A stretch of 64,000 bases of DNA from Terrimesophilobacter sp. (GCA_039924285.1 JBDTBD010000003.1:17179-81178), one strand, 5' to 3'. Shown: positions 29,175 through 39,836, numbered from the stretch's first letter. The notes: generated by a model from the sequence alone, not told the origin. A program made the numbers and translations.

Positions 29175-30422
29175 ATGAACACGACGCCCGCGAAATCCAA
29201 TGAGCACGTCGATCCGATTTTCGACGTCGCGGTCATCGGTGCGGGGATCGTCGGCCTGGCTGTGGCACGAGAGCTCCTGCTGCGCCGCCCGGGACTGGCC
29301 GTTGTGGTCTTCGAGACGGAGCAATCGGTGGCAGCCCACCAGAGCGGGCACAACTCGGGCGTCATCCACAGCGGGATCTATTACACGCCCGGCTCGCTCA
29401 AGGCACGGCTGTGCGTGGAAGGCTCGCGGCTGATGTATGAGTACTGCGATGCCCACGACATCCGCTACGAACGATGCGGAAAGTTGATTGTGGCCACAAA
29501 GCCAGCCGAGCTCGGGGCGCTTCACGACTTGGAGGTGCGCGGAGCGGCCAACCAGGTGCCCGGGCTCCGCCGAGTGGACGCGGCAGAGATCGGCCGCATC
29601 GAGCCGGGCTGCCGCGGCATCGCCGCGTTGTACTCCCCGAGCACCGGCATCGTGGATTACCGGGAGGTGTGCCGCGCTCTGGAGTTCGAACTGCGCGCGA
29701 AGGGTGTCACGTTTCTCCTGGGCTGTCGCGTTCAAGGGTTGGCGCGATTAAACGACGTCACGGTTCTCACCCACTCCGGCGGAACGACGCAGGCACGCTG
29801 GGCGGTGGTGTGTGCTGGGCTGTGGTCGGATCGCCTGGCGGTGAACTCCGGCGCCTCGGCCGACCCCAGAATTGTGCCGTTCCGCGGCGCCTACCTTCGG
29901 GTGCGCCACGGCGATGGTCCGCTGACCCGTGGCCTGATTTATCCTGTACCCAACCCGGAACTGCCGTTTTTGGGCGTGCACATCACCAAGCAGGTCGATG
30001 GTTCGCTACTGCTGGGGCCTACCGCAATGGTGGTCGGCGCCCGGGATGCGTACCGGCTTTCGCGATTCCGACTTCACGACGTGTTGTCGACGTTGCTCTG
30101 GCCGGGCACCTGGCGGGTGGGGGCACGTTTTTGGAGGACGGCACTGAACGAGGTGCACCTTGCCGTGAGCGCGCGGGCGTTCGTGCGAGCCAGCAGCCGG
30201 TACCTTCCGTCGCTGGTTCGGATGAGATTGGAGCGTCGCCGCTTCGCGGGAGTTCGCGCTCAGGCAGTTGCGCGCGATGGCACGCTGGTGGATGATTTCG
30301 TCATTTCACAGACGCCGGGGGCCACCCACGTGCGCAACGCACCGTCGCCGGCGGCAACATCCGCCCTCGCCCTCGCCCGAGAGCTCGTCGATCGATTCGA
30401 GCACAATCTGGGTGAACACTGA
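29175..30422 (+). CDS. lhgO: L-2-hydroxyglutarate oxidase
   Basis: [54 protein letters not shown]. Confidence 0.9.
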   Translation: MNTTPAKSNEHVDPIFDVAVIGAGIVGLAVARELLLRRPGLAVVVFETEQSVAAHQSGHNSGVIHSGIYYTPGSLKARLCVEGSRLMYEYCDAHDIRYERCGKLIVATKPAELGALHDLEVRGAANQVPGLRRVDAAEIGRIEPGCRGIAALYSPSTGIVDYREVCRALEFELRAKGVTFLLGCRVQGLARLNDVTVLTHSGGTTQARWAVVCAGLWSDRLAVNSGASADPRIVPFRGAYLRVRHGDGPLTRGLIYPVPNPELPFLGVHITKQVDGSLLLGPTAMVVGARDAYRLSRFRLHDVLSTLLWPGTWRVGARFWRTALNEVHLAVSARAFVRASSRYLPSLVRMRLERRRFAGVRAQAVARDGTLVDDFVISQTPGATHVRNAPSPAATSALALARELVDRFEHNLGEH

Positions 30423-30466
30423 CCTGAGACCCTGCCGACGAATGGTGGCCACAGGGCAGACCACTG

Positions 30467-31069
30467 CTACTCCAGTTCGACCAGTTCCTGAGGCCCAGTC
30501 TGTCGAAAACGCGCTCCGGTGACCGGGCAGACCCAGACGCCGATTGACTCTTCGGTCAGCGGATGCCCCGCCCTTCCGACCCAGCCGATCCGCCGGGCCG
30601 GAGCGCCGACCATCAGGCCGAAATCCGGAACGTCTTTCACCACCGTCGAACCTGCACCCACCAGTGCCCACCGACCGATGGTGACCGGTGCGATGCACAC
30701 GGTGCGAGCGCCGATCGCGGCGCCTTCTCGTACCGTCACGCCCACCGCATCCCAGTCTTCACCAGACTTCAAGGAGCCATCCGGGTTGATGGCGCGGGGG
30801 AATTGATCGTTGGTGAACACCACCGCTGGTCCGATGAAGACGCCGCGCTCCAACCGGGCCGGCTCATAGACCAGCGCGTAATTCTGAATCTTGCAGTTGT
30901 CACCGACCTGCACCCCAGGCCCAAGGTAGACGCCGCGACCAACGATGCAGTTCTGGCCAACATCGGCGCCTTCGCGGATGTGAGCGTACTGCCAGACCTT
31001 GGTGCCGGCACCTATCGACGCAGACTCGGCGACATCAGCGCTGTCGTGGATGCTCGGACCGGTCGGCAT
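30467..31069 (-). CDS. WbpD/WlbB-like hexapeptide N-acetyltransferase
   Basis: IGAGTKVWQ, CKIQNYALVY, FIGPAVVFTND, VGAPARRIGWV. Confidence 0.88.
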   Translation of the reverse strand: MPTGPSIHDSADVAESASIGAGTKVWQYAHIREGADVGQNCIVGRGVYLGPGVQVGDNCKIQNYALVYEPARLERGVFIGPAVVFTNDQFPRAINPDGSLKSGEDWDAVGVTVREGAAIGARTVCIAPVTIGRWALVGAGSTVVKDVPDFGLMVGAPARRIGWVGRAGHPLTEESIGVWVCPVTGARFRQTGPQELVELE

Positions 31070-31164
31070 GCGAACTCCTTCTGTCTCGACTTCTCGCCCA
31101 TGGGGCAGCTGAACCCTCGTGCCGCTCATCATAATCAGCCCGCTCCCCAGCCTGGCCCGTCCAG

Positions 31165-31246
31165 CCCGTTTCACGGAGTTTTTGTGCCGGTGGCCGCTGG
31201 ATGCCCGGCGCCAGGGTGCCTGACGACAAAAACTCCTTGAAACGGG
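31165..31246. repeat. 82-bp palindromic intergenic element, copy 2
   Basis: CCCGTTTCACGGAGTTTTTGT...ACAAAAACTCCTTGAAACGGG. Confidence 0.85.
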
Positions 31247-31262
31247 TTAAGCCAGTCGCGGG

Positions 31263-33326
31263 TTACTTCTTTTTCTTCTTCGGAGACTTCTCCTCGACCG
31301 GCATCGTGCCGGAGGCGCGCAGTGCGCGATAGTACTGCCGCGCCTCATCCTGCCGCTCGGCCTCGATGCCCGAGGCGATCGTCGCACGCAGGTGCTCCTG
31401 GCCGTAACCGAACGCATCCACCAGATCCTGCGCGTGCGGGCGCACCCTGGCGATCAGCCGGTCAAGGTACGCCCCGACGGCCTGCGCACGCTGCGGCGAG
31501 ATGCGTCCGTGCATCAGATACCAGGCGAGGTGTTTCTCGATCAGGCCGAGCCCGAACACGTCGTGCAACCAGGACAACACGGTCTTCGTCCCCGGATCGT
31601 CCACCTGCTCCAGTGCGCGGGTGAACGCCTCCCACTGCAACAGTTCGGCGTGAGCGCGGGCCGCCTCGATCAGCTCGTTCTGCTGAGAGTTGAACAACGC
31701 CGCTGCGTCCACTTTGGAGAGCTTGGACGCCGGGCGCAACCGCTGCCCGATGCCGGCGATCATCGCCTCCACCCGGTCGGTGAGCAGCTCGCGCTGCACA
31801 TCCGTGTCCTGGAGCTCATGCACGGAACGGGCGGTCGAACCGAAGTCCCGCACGGTCTGCGCCAGGGTACGCAGGCCGGTGCCGTGATAAGCGCGATCGG
31901 CGGCCTGCACCACGACGTAGCGGGCCAGGGCGCCGGCATCCGCCTTCTTGAACTTCGAGCTGTAATCGGTGAGCAGACGCTTGGCGACCAGTTGCAACAG
32001 CACGTTGTTGTCGCCCTCGAAGGTGACATAGACGTCGAGGTCCGCGCGCAGCCCGACCAACCGGTTTTCGGCCATGAACCCCGCGCCGCCGCACGCCTCG
32101 CGCGACTCCTGAAGCGCATCCAGCGCGTGCCAGGTGGACAACGGCTTCAACGCCGCGGCGAGCGTCTCCAGATCCTGTCGGTCGTCATCCGTATCGGTCG
32201 TACCGCTGAACACGCCGTCGAATTTCACGAGCAGCTCGTCGTGCGCGAAGATCTGCGCATACGTGGTCGCCAGCCGCGGGATGAGCCGCCGCTGGTGGCG
32301 CTGGTAATCCAGGATCACTTCCTCGTCGGTGTCACTGCCGGCCGTGAATTGACGGCGTTGGTTCGCGTAGGTGATCGCGATCGTCAACCCGATGGCCGAT
32401 GCGGCGGTCGCGGCGCCGTCGAGCGACACACGCCCTTGCACGAGAGTGCCGAGCATGGTGAAGAACCGGCGGCCGGGGCTGGAAATCCTCGAGGTGTAAC
32501 TGCCGTCTTCGGCGACATCCCCGTACTTATTGAGCAGGTTCGTGCGCGGCACCCGCACGTGATCGAAGTGCAGCCGACCGTTGTCGACGCCGTTGAGGCC
32601 GCCCTTGAGACCGTCGTCGGTGCCGTCCAGACCGGGCAAGAACTTGCCGTCGTCGTCTCGGATCGGCACATAAAGCGCGTGCACCCCGTGGTTCACGCCC
32701 TGGGAGATGAGCTGGGCGAACACCACGGCGGCCTTGCCGTGCAGCGCGGCGTTGCCGATGTATTCCTTCCACGCCGCCCGGAACGGGGTGTTGATCACGA
32801 ATTCGCGAGTCTCGAGATCGTAGGTGGCCGTGGTGGCAATGCTCGCGACATCCGACCCGTGACCGATCTCGGTCATTGCGAACGCACCGGGCACCGAGAG
32901 GTCGATAATGCCCGGCAAAAACTTTTCGTGGTGAAACCGGGTGCCCAGCTGCAGCACGGCGGAGCCAAAGAGCCCCCAGTGCACACCGGCCTTGATCTGC
33001 AAAGACGGATCGGCGGATACGAGTTCTTCGAACGAGGTGATGTTGCCGCCGTTGTCCCCCTCGCCGCCGAACTCCTTGGGAAAGGCGCGCTTGACCGCCC
33101 CGTGCTCTGCCAGCAGGGCCAACTGGCGCATCGTGCGTTCGCGCTGCTCCTCAAGCGTCAACCCATCGATGTGGTGCAGCTGCGGATCACCGGTGAACGC
33201 ACGCGCCGCGCGCCGGACGTCTGCCCAGGTTCCCATGAGCTGGCGGCCGAGGCTCTCGACGTCGACGGAGGCACCGTCGATGTCGTCAGGATCGACGGTC
33301 TTCATCGGTGTTGCACTGTCAAACAT
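31263..33326 (-). CDS. Acyl-CoA dehydrogenase/acyl-CoA oxidase family protein
   Basis: FAMTEIGHGSDV, KEYIGNAA, GLNGVDNG, REACGGAG, TFEGDNNVL, ACOX-type C-terminal domain. Confidence 0.92.
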   Translation of the reverse strand: MFDSATPMKTVDPDDIDGASVDVESLGRQLMGTWADVRRAARAFTGDPQLHHIDGLTLEEQRERTMRQLALLAEHGAVKRAFPKEFGGEGDNGGNITSFEELVSADPSLQIKAGVHWGLFGSAVLQLGTRFHHEKFLPGIIDLSVPGAFAMTEIGHGSDVASIATTATYDLETREFVINTPFRAAWKEYIGNAALHGKAAVVFAQLISQGVNHGVHALYVPIRDDDGKFLPGLDGTDDGLKGGLNGVDNGRLHFDHVRVPRTNLLNKYGDVAEDGSYTSRISSPGRRFFTMLGTLVQGRVSLDGAATAASAIGLTIAITYANQRRQFTAGSDTDEEVILDYQRHQRRLIPRLATTYAQIFAHDELLVKFDGVFSGTTDTDDDRQDLETLAAALKPLSTWHALDALQESREACGGAGFMAENRLVGLRADLDVYVTFEGDNNVLLQLVAKRLLTDYSSKFKKADAGALARYVVVQAADRAYHGTGLRTLAQTVRDFGSTARSVHELQDTDVQRELLTDRVEAMIAGIGQRLRPASKLSKVDAAALFNSQQNELIEAARAHAELLQWEAFTRALEQVDDPGTKTVLSWLHDVFGLGLIEKHLAWYLMHGRISPQRAQAVGAYLDRLIARVRPHAQDLVDAFGYGQEHLRATIASGIEAERQDEARQYYRALRASGTMPVEEKSPKKKKK

Positions 33327-33608
33327 GACACTCCCATTCGTCACGACAACTGATCGTGATCCCACGCTAAGCAGCCGCACACCGGGGTGAAAATCGTCGG
33401 TGAGTGCCCACTAAGAGGCATCCCGCTTTCGCCCTGAGCGCTGAGGATTCCTACAACCGCTGACCGCAAAAATCGTACGCACTGCACAACGCCAGCAAGT
33501 TCGGCACCGGGTCCGGCACGACTCCGACACCCGGTCCGTCAAGAGCAGCATTCGGCCGCCGTTCGCAATCTTCTTCGCCCACGAGGCAGCGGCCTGTATC
33601 GTGATCTC

Positions 33609-34787
33609 GTGGCAACCCAACGGCGGACTCCGGGCTCTCAGACTTCACTTCGTGAAGCCAACCGAGCGAGAATCGTCGACGCCATCAAACTGCACGGCGG
33701 TTTGACCCAGGTGGAACTCGCGGGCATCACGGGCCTTTCCGCTGCGACGGTATCCAACATCGTCAGGGAACTCTCCGGTACTGGAGTGCTGCACACCTCG
33801 CCGACCACACAAAGCGGGCGACGCGCGCAGAACGTCACCCTCGCCCACGCGCTCGGGCTCGTCGTCGGTGTGCACTTCTCGCTGCGGCACATGCGTGTGG
33901 CACTGGCGGATGTGGCGCACACCATCGTGGCAGAACACCACATGCCGCTGGCCCACGACCACCGCGCCGATAATGAACTCGACCGCACCACGCTGCTGAT
34001 CGCCGACATGCTCGACTCGGTGCAGGCCAGCATGAGCGAGGTGCTGGCGGTGGTCATCGCGTTGCCGGCCCCGATCAACCGCCCCCTGGGAACCACTGCG
34101 CGCAGCGGCATCCTGCGCGGCTGGGACGGCATCCCGGTGGCGGAGGTCATGCAGCATCGGCTGAGGCGCGCCGTTTACGTCGACAACGCGGCTAACCTGG
34201 CCGCGCTCGGGGAACTGAGACTGGGCGCCGCGCGCGGCAAACGCAACGCCGTCTACCTCGACGTGGGCGAAGGCATCGGCGCCGGAATCATCATTAACGG
34301 CGAGGTTTTCCGGGGTCAAAATGGCACCGCCGGCGAGTTCGGGCACACCACGGTGCGCGAAAACGGCACCCTGTGCCGGTGCGGCAACCGCGGATGCCTC
34401 GAGGCAATCGCCAGCGGGTCGGCACTCTTGGAAAACCTCAAACCAACCCTCGGTGTACTCAAGCTGAACGACGTCGTACTCCGAGCGATGGGCGGTGACG
34501 ACGCCTGCATCCGGGCCATCGGCGACGTTGGCAAACACATCGGGGTGGCAGCGGCGAACCTGTGCAACCTGCTCGATCCGGAGCGACTCGTGATCGGCGG
34601 CGAATTGGCGCGGGCGGGCGAATTACTGCTCGGGCCGATCCGGCACGCGACCGAGCGATCAGTGATCGTGGACGAGCAGTCCATGCCGGACATCGTTCAG
34701 GCGCAGCTCGGCGCTCGCGCCGCGACTCTCGGCGCCGTCGCCTACGCGATCGACCAGGTCGCGATCGGCACCGAAACCGCCGCCTGA
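33609..34787 (+). CDS. ROK family transcriptional regulator
   Basis: N-terminal HTH (GLSAATVSNIV), DNAANLAALGE, GIGAG, GEFGH, CRCGNRGCLE. Confidence 0.93.
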   Translation: MATQRRTPGSQTSLREANRARIVDAIKLHGGLTQVELAGITGLSAATVSNIVRELSGTGVLHTSPTTQSGRRAQNVTLAHALGLVVGVHFSLRHMRVALADVAHTIVAEHHMPLAHDHRADNELDRTTLLIADMLDSVQASMSEVLAVVIALPAPINRPLGTTARSGILRGWDGIPVAEVMQHRLRRAVYVDNAANLAALGELRLGAARGKRNAVYLDVGEGIGAGIIINGEVFRGQNGTAGEFGHTTVRENGTLCRCGNRGCLEAIASGSALLENLKPTLGVLKLNDVVLRAMGGDDACIRAIGDVGKHIGVAAANLCNLLDPERLVIGGELARAGELLLGPIRHATERSVIVDEQSMPDIVQAQLGARAATLGAVAYAIDQVAIGTETAA

Positions 34788-34800
34788 CCGTTACCAAATC

Positions 34801-34825
34801 CTTGCGTTCAAGACTTGACGACAAG
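34801..34825. promoter_or_regulatory. Probable ROK operator overlapping the -35 of the ABC operon
   Basis: Imperfect palindrome CTTGcgtTCAAG-A-CTTGAcgaCAAG containing TTGACG. Confidence 0.55.
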
Positions 34826-34887
34826 TTGTGGGAATGTCATGCTCATGTCAGCCGCCATCGAAGGCGGGACCAATCGGAGGTTTTTCA

Positions 34888-35997
34888 ATGAAGATCGCCA
34901 CCATGAGAGCGGTAGCAACTTCAGCCGCACTCCTGCTCACAGCTGCCACCCTTGCCGGATGTTCCAACGCCGCCGACACCGGCGGCAGCGCCAAGACCGC
35001 CGATGCGTCGCAAGCCACCATCGGCCTGCTCCTGCCTGACTCCGTCACGGCACGGTACGAAAGTGCCGATAAGCCATACTTCGAGGCAAAGGTCAAAGAG
35101 CTCTGCGCCGACTGCAAGGTGCTCTACGCCAACGCCGACGGTGACGCTGCCAAGCAGCAGCAGCAAGCCGAGTCCATGATCACCCAGGGCGTCAACGTGC
35201 TCGTCCTCGACCCGTTCGACGGCGAGGCGGCGGCGGCCATCGTCGCCAATGCGAACAACAAGAAGATCCCGGTCATCTCCTACGACCGCCTCATCAACAG
35301 CGCAGACCTCGACTACTACATCTCGTTCGACAACGAAAAGGTCGGTGAGCTGCAGGGCACCGCACTGGTCGGCCAGTTGAAGAAGCTCGGCGTCGCACCA
35401 GGCGATGGCGGCATCCTGATGGTCAACGGCTCGCCCACCGACAACAACGCCTCGCAGTTCAAGGCCGGCGCGCACAAGATCATTGACGCCAGCGGGTACA
35501 AGGTTCTGGCCGAGTTCGACACACCCGGATGGGACGGCGCCAAGGCCCAAGACTGGGTCGCCGGCCAGATCACCCAGTTCAAGGGTCAGATCAAGGGCGT
35601 GTACGCGGCCAACGACGGTACCGCCGCCGGCGCGATCGCCTCACTCAAGGCCGCAGGGGTTTCCCCGCTGCCACCGGTCACCGGACAAGACGCCGAACTC
35701 GCCGGCATCCAGCGGATTCTCGCGGGCGACCAGTTCATGACCGTTTACAAGGCGCTCAAGCCGGAAGCGGAGAAGGCTGCTGAGCTCGCGGTCAGCCTGA
35801 CCAAGGGCGACAAGGCCAAGGGCGACACCACGGTGAAGACCAAGGGCGGCGCTGAGATCCAGTCCTTCCTGCTCACCCCGGTGGCGGTCACGGCGGACAA
35901 CATTGGGTCCACAGTGATCGCGGATGGCTTCTACAAAGCCTCCGACGTCTGCACCGGCGATTACGCGGCAGCCTGCGCCACGGCCGGCATCAAGTAA
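34888..35997 (+). CDS. Sugar ABC transporter substrate-binding lipoprotein (XylF/ChvE-like)
   Basis: Lipobox LAGC, ARYESAD, VISYDRL, SFDN..VG, AANDG, VTGQDA. Confidence 0.93.
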   Translation: MKIATMRAVATSAALLLTAATLAGCSNAADTGGSAKTADASQATIGLLLPDSVTARYESADKPYFEAKVKELCADCKVLYANADGDAAKQQQQAESMITQGVNVLVLDPFDGEAAAAIVANANNKKIPVISYDRLINSADLDYYISFDNEKVGELQGTALVGQLKKLGVAPGDGGILMVNGSPTDNNASQFKAGAHKIIDASGYKVLAEFDTPGWDGAKAQDWVAGQITQFKGQIKGVYAANDGTAAGAIASLKAAGVSPLPPVTGQDAELAGIQRILAGDQFMTVYKALKPEAEKAAELAVSLTKGDKAKGDTTVKTKGGAEIQSFLLTPVAVTADNIGSTVIADGFYKASDVCTGDYAAACATAGIK

Positions 35998-36007
35998 CAC
36001 AACCCCG

Positions 36008-36053
36008 GTACACCCGGTCGGAGCCGCTCGCACACGGTCCCGACCGGGTGTAC
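36008..36053. other. Intercistronic stem-loop (mRNA stabiliser/partial terminator after the binding-protein gene)
   Basis: GTACACCCGGTCGG...CCGACCGGGTGTAC 14-bp stem. Confidence 0.7.
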
Positions 36054-36117
36054 TTTCGCTCACAAGCGAACGCGGATGTCAGCCGAGGCCCCCATCCGCC
36101 GATTCAAAGGAGACATC

Positions 36118-36939
36118 GTGACGCTCGAAGACACCTCGATGCAACAAAAGCCCCCCACCAAAGAACCCGTCCTGTCTCTGCGAGGGATATCGAAGAGCTT
36201 CGGTGCGGTGCAGGCACTCACCGCCGTCGACATGGACGTCTACCCAGGAGAAGTCGTCGCCATCGTGGGCGATAACGGTGCTGGCAAGTCGACCCTGGTC
36301 AAGATTCTCGCCGGCGTGCACGGGGCGGATTCCGGGGAGATCACCTTCGAAGGCAAACGGGTGTCGATCCCGAGTCCCTCGGCCGCGCGCGACCTGGGCA
36401 TCGCCACCGTTTACCAAGACCTCTCCCTGTGCGACAACCTCGACGTGGTGTCTAACCTTTTTCTCGGTCACGAGGTGGGCGGTTTCACCATGGACGAGGA
36501 AGAGATGGAGAAACACTCCTGGTCGCTGCTGCGCCAGTTGTCCGCCAAAATCCCCTCGGTGCGCATCGCCGTGGCTTCCCTTTCCGGAGGGCAACGGCAG
36601 ACCGTCGCCATCGCACGCTCGCTCATCGGTGACCCGCTAGTGGTCATCCTCGACGAGCCAACCGCCGCACTCGGCGTTGCTCAAACCGCCGAGGTACTCA
36701 ACCTGATCGAGCGGCTGAGGGAACGCGGTCTCGGCGTCATCCTGATCAGCCACAACATGGCCGACGTGCAGGCGGTCGCCGACCGCGTCGTCGTGCTCCG
36801 ACTCGGGCGCAACAACGGCGACTTCCGCGTACCGGAGGTCAGCTACGAAGAAATCATTTCCGCCATCACGGGCGCGACGGACAACGCAGTCACACGCAGA
36901 GCGACCGCCCATACGGTTTCGGAGGACCAAAACTCATGA
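36118..36939 (+). CDS. Sugar ABC transporter ATP-binding protein
   Basis: GDNGAGKS, LSGGQRQ, ILDEPT, SH; RBS AAAGGAG before GTG 36118. Confidence 0.95.
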   Translation: MTLEDTSMQQKPPTKEPVLSLRGISKSFGAVQALTAVDMDVYPGEVVAIVGDNGAGKSTLVKILAGVHGADSGEITFEGKRVSIPSPSAARDLGIATVYQDLSLCDNLDVVSNLFLGHEVGGFTMDEEEMEKHSWSLLRQLSAKIPSVRIAVASLSGGQRQTVAIARSLIGDPLVVILDEPTAALGVAQTAEVLNLIERLRERGLGVILISHNMADVQAVADRVVVLRLGRNNGDFRVPEVSYEEIISAITGATDNAVTRRATAHTVSEDQNS

Positions 36940-38195
36940 CCACGACCCCCAACCCCGAGGCCCCGTTCAAGGGCCTGGCCGACACCCTCGATGAGCGAGT
37001 CACCCATCGCGAGGGACTCGGCGGCGCGATCTTGGATTTCCGCACGCGCGTGCGTGGCGGCGACCTGGGCTCTCTTCCCGTGGTTGTCGGCCTCGTTCTC
37101 ATCTGGGCCATCTTCCAGGTGCTCAACCCGAATTTCCTCTCCGCCAACAACCTGGTGAATCTCACGCTGCAGTGCGCGGCCACCGGCACGATTGCCATCG
37201 GTGTGGTCCTCGTTTTGCTCGTCGCGCAAATCGACCTTTCCATCGGCTCCATCAGCGGTCTAGCCGCCGCGATCCTCGGCGTCGGGATGACACAGTTAGG
37301 CTGGCCCATCTGGCTCGCTATCATCGCGGCAATTGCTGCCGGTGCGCTGATCGGGCTCGTCTACGGGCTGCTCTTCACCAAGTTCGGGGTGCCGACGTTT
37401 GTGATTACGCTGGCCGGGCTGCTCGCCTTCCTCGGCCTCCAACTCCAAGTGCTCGGGCCGAACGGCTCGATCAACCTCCCCTACGACTCGTGGATCGTGC
37501 AGTTCGCCCAGCTGTGGTTCCTGCCACCGTGGGTTGGCTACACCTTGGCGGTCCTCGCCGCCGCCGGCATGTTCGGTTCGGACTGGCTGCGTGCCCGTCG
37601 GCGCACGAACGCCGGCCTGTCCTCCGGCTCCGTCTCGGTCATGATTCTCAAGAGCGTTCTGATGTTGCTGCTGCTGGTGGCCTCGGTAGCCTACCTCGCC
37701 ACCGACCGAGGCGTCGGAATCATGTTCTTGATGTTCGTGGTGCTGGTCGTCGTCATGAACTTCTTCCTGGTGCGCACCCGCTGGGGCCGGGCGGTGTACG
37801 CGGTCGGTGGCAACGTCGAAGCGGCCCGTCGCGCCGGCATCAACGTCAACGCCATCTTCATTTCGGTGCTCGTGCTGGGCACCACGTTCGCGGCGGTTGG
37901 CGGACTGTTCGCGTCGGCCCGACTCACCTCGGCCAGCTTGTCCAGTGGTGGCGGCGACGTCAACCTGCTAGCCATCGCGGCGGCGGTCATTGGCGGAACC
38001 TCACTGTTCGGCGGCCGTGGCAGCGCCTACTCGGCGCTGCTGGGCATCCTCGTCATCCAGTCCATCTCGAACGGACTGACCCTGCTGAACCTGGGCTCGC
38101 CGGTGCGCTACATGGTCACCGGTGCTGTGCTGCTGGTCGCGGTCATCATCGATTCGCTGTCGCGGCGCTCCCGCGCCAGCCACGGGCAGGCCTAA
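36936..38195 (+). CDS. Sugar ABC transporter permease (XylH-like)
   Basis: IDLSIGS, TRWGRAVYAVGGN.EAARRAGI, IAAAVIGGTSLFGGRG. Confidence 0.95.
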   Translation: MTTTPNPEAPFKGLADTLDERVTHREGLGGAILDFRTRVRGGDLGSLPVVVGLVLIWAIFQVLNPNFLSANNLVNLTLQCAATGTIAIGVVLVLLVAQIDLSIGSISGLAAAILGVGMTQLGWPIWLAIIAAIAAGALIGLVYGLLFTKFGVPTFVITLAGLLAFLGLQLQVLGPNGSINLPYDSWIVQFAQLWFLPPWVGYTLAVLAAAGMFGSDWLRARRRTNAGLSSGSVSVMILKSVLMLLLLVASVAYLATDRGVGIMFLMFVVLVVVMNFFLVRTRWGRAVYAVGGNVEAARRAGINVNAIFISVLVLGTTFAAVGGLFASARLTSASLSSGGGDVNLLAIAAAVIGGTSLFGGRGSAYSALLGILVIQSISNGLTLLNLGSPVRYMVTGAVLLVAVIIDSLSRRSRASHGQA

Positions 38196-38290
38196 AACCT
38201 GCAAGTGGATGGTCTGGGCGGACACCATGACAGGATGTAGCACGGCGACCCGACGCAGCTGAGGCGCCACGTCACCGAGAAGGATCCGTC

Positions 38291-39271
38291 ATGCTCATAG
38301 TCACCATCGGACTGGTGGGTGCGCTCATTTTCGGCGCAGCCGATTTTCTCGGTGGGCTGGCCTCGAAACGCATCAGCGCCCTCAAGGTCACGGCGATCGT
38401 GGCGGCATCCGGCTTGGTCGTGCTCGTCTCTGCCATGCCGATCCCGCTGCTGCATGGAACCTGGTCGTGGAACGCGGTGCTGCTCGGCGGCATCTCGGGC
38501 GTCTCCGGGGCTCTGGCGATCTCGCTACTATACGGATGCCTGGCCATCGGGCCCATGAGCATCCTGTCGCCCACCACAGCGGTAGTGTCGGCCGTTGTTC
38601 CGATGCTGGCGGGGCTGGTGCGCGGCGAGCGCCTGCCGCCGCTCGGGTACGCGGCGATCGTGCTGGCCCTGATCGCTATCGTGCTGGTCGGCTTCGTGCC
38701 CGAGAAGGGCGCGGTGCGGCCGTCCCTGAAGGCGCTGTCGATGGCGGTGGGTTCCGGAGCGATGATCGGCACCTTTCTGATCCTCATCGATCTGACTCCG
38801 GATGACTCGGGACTCATTCCGCTGATCGCCAACCGCGCCGTGAATGCCGCAATCATGCTGCTCGTCATCGGCATCATTCTCGTGGTGACCAGAGTGCGGG
38901 CGGCGAGGACGGCCGCCCTGGTGGGCACAGGGGTGACCTCCACCGCCCGACAGGCCCGCGACTCCACCACAGAGGCCGGGAACTCGAGCACCAAAGCAGC
39001 CCGAGGCGGCCGCGAGCGAGCGCACGACAACTTGTGGCGCAACGGACTGGTCGTCGCACTGATCTGCGGTGGGTTGGACGCGTTCGCCAACATCCTGTTG
39101 CTGATCGGGCTGCGCATCGGCGAACTCACGGTGATGTCGGTGCTCACGGCGCTGTATCCGGCCGGCACCATCCTCCTGGCCGCGGTTGTGCTGAAGGAGC
39201 GCATCGCTCCGTTGCAGATCGTCGGCCTGGTGCTGGCCATCACGGCGGCCAGCATGTTGGCCATTACCTAA
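38291..39271 (+). CDS. DMT/EamA family transporter
   Basis: About 10 TM, GAADFLGG, GPMSILSP, RGER, LYPAGT..LA..VLKER. Confidence 0.85.
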   Translation: MLIVTIGLVGALIFGAADFLGGLASKRISALKVTAIVAASGLVVLVSAMPIPLLHGTWSWNAVLLGGISGVSGALAISLLYGCLAIGPMSILSPTTAVVSAVVPMLAGLVRGERLPPLGYAAIVLALIAIVLVGFVPEKGAVRPSLKALSMAVGSGAMIGTFLILIDLTPDDSGLIPLIANRAVNAAIMLLVIGIILVVTRVRAARTAALVGTGVTSTARQARDSTTEAGNSSTKAARGGRERAHDNLWRNGLVVALICGGLDAFANILLLIGLRIGELTVMSVLTALYPAGTILLAAVVLKERIAPLQIVGLVLAITAASMLAIT

Positions 39272-39479
39272 CAGACGGAATCTCCACAAGCCTCGTGCTG
39301 TTCGAGGAGGCAACGCGTCATCGCAGCGGTAACTTTTCATGCGCAATAGACGCAAGAAGCGTATCGTGTGCGTATCGCTCCAGACCCCGGCGTGAATGTT
39401 GTGAAAGTACACATATGCAGGGGGCCTAAATGGCGATGAAACTGGACCTAACCGGCGCTTGGTTCCGGAGGCGATCGGG

Positions 39480-39836
39480 ATGAAGCGGCTACAACACGTA
39501 GGTGGTTCCGTGCTCACCGGAGACGCACTCGCGGACGCCGTGTTGGACTACGCGCGAGCGCTCGGTAACGAACACCTGCTTGACGTGGTCGACATTCCCG
39601 TGATCGACGACCACGGGAAGTATGGGCGCGCTCAGATGCTCATCGGCTCCGGAATTCAGCTCATGAGCGTCACGGCGTCGTCGGTTTCCCCTGAGCTCGT
39701 GGACCACGACGCTGTCACCGCCATCCTGCGCCAGACGGCCGGAAAGAGTAGCGTCCATGCGCGCCCGTTCGGATTCGCCGACGCCGGCAACATCGACGAG
39801 TTCGTCTATGCCTCAACCGCGCCCGAGCAGTATTGA
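39480..39836 (+). CDS. Hypothetical protein (Microbacteriaceae-type small protein)
   Basis: RBS GGAGG; GGSVLTGD.LADAVLDYARAL..D.VDIP pattern. Confidence 0.7.
   Translation: MKRLQHVGGSVLTGDALADAVLDYARALGNEHLLDVVDIPVIDDHGKYGRAQMLIGSGIQLMSVTASSVSPELVDHDAVTAILRQTAGKSSVHARPFGFADAGNIDEFVYASTAPEQY

Noticed and set aside
29103-29735. Apparent 211-aa N-terminal extension of RecQ (similar extensions on purM, the decarboxylase, several GTs and the TolB-like gene)
   Set aside because: These extensions overlap neighbouring real genes; coupled or leaderless starts give normal-length proteins
31392-33353. 653-aa plus-strand ORF
   Set aside because: Antisense shadow of the acyl-CoA oxidase/dehydrogenase; no motifs; typical of high-GC codon bias
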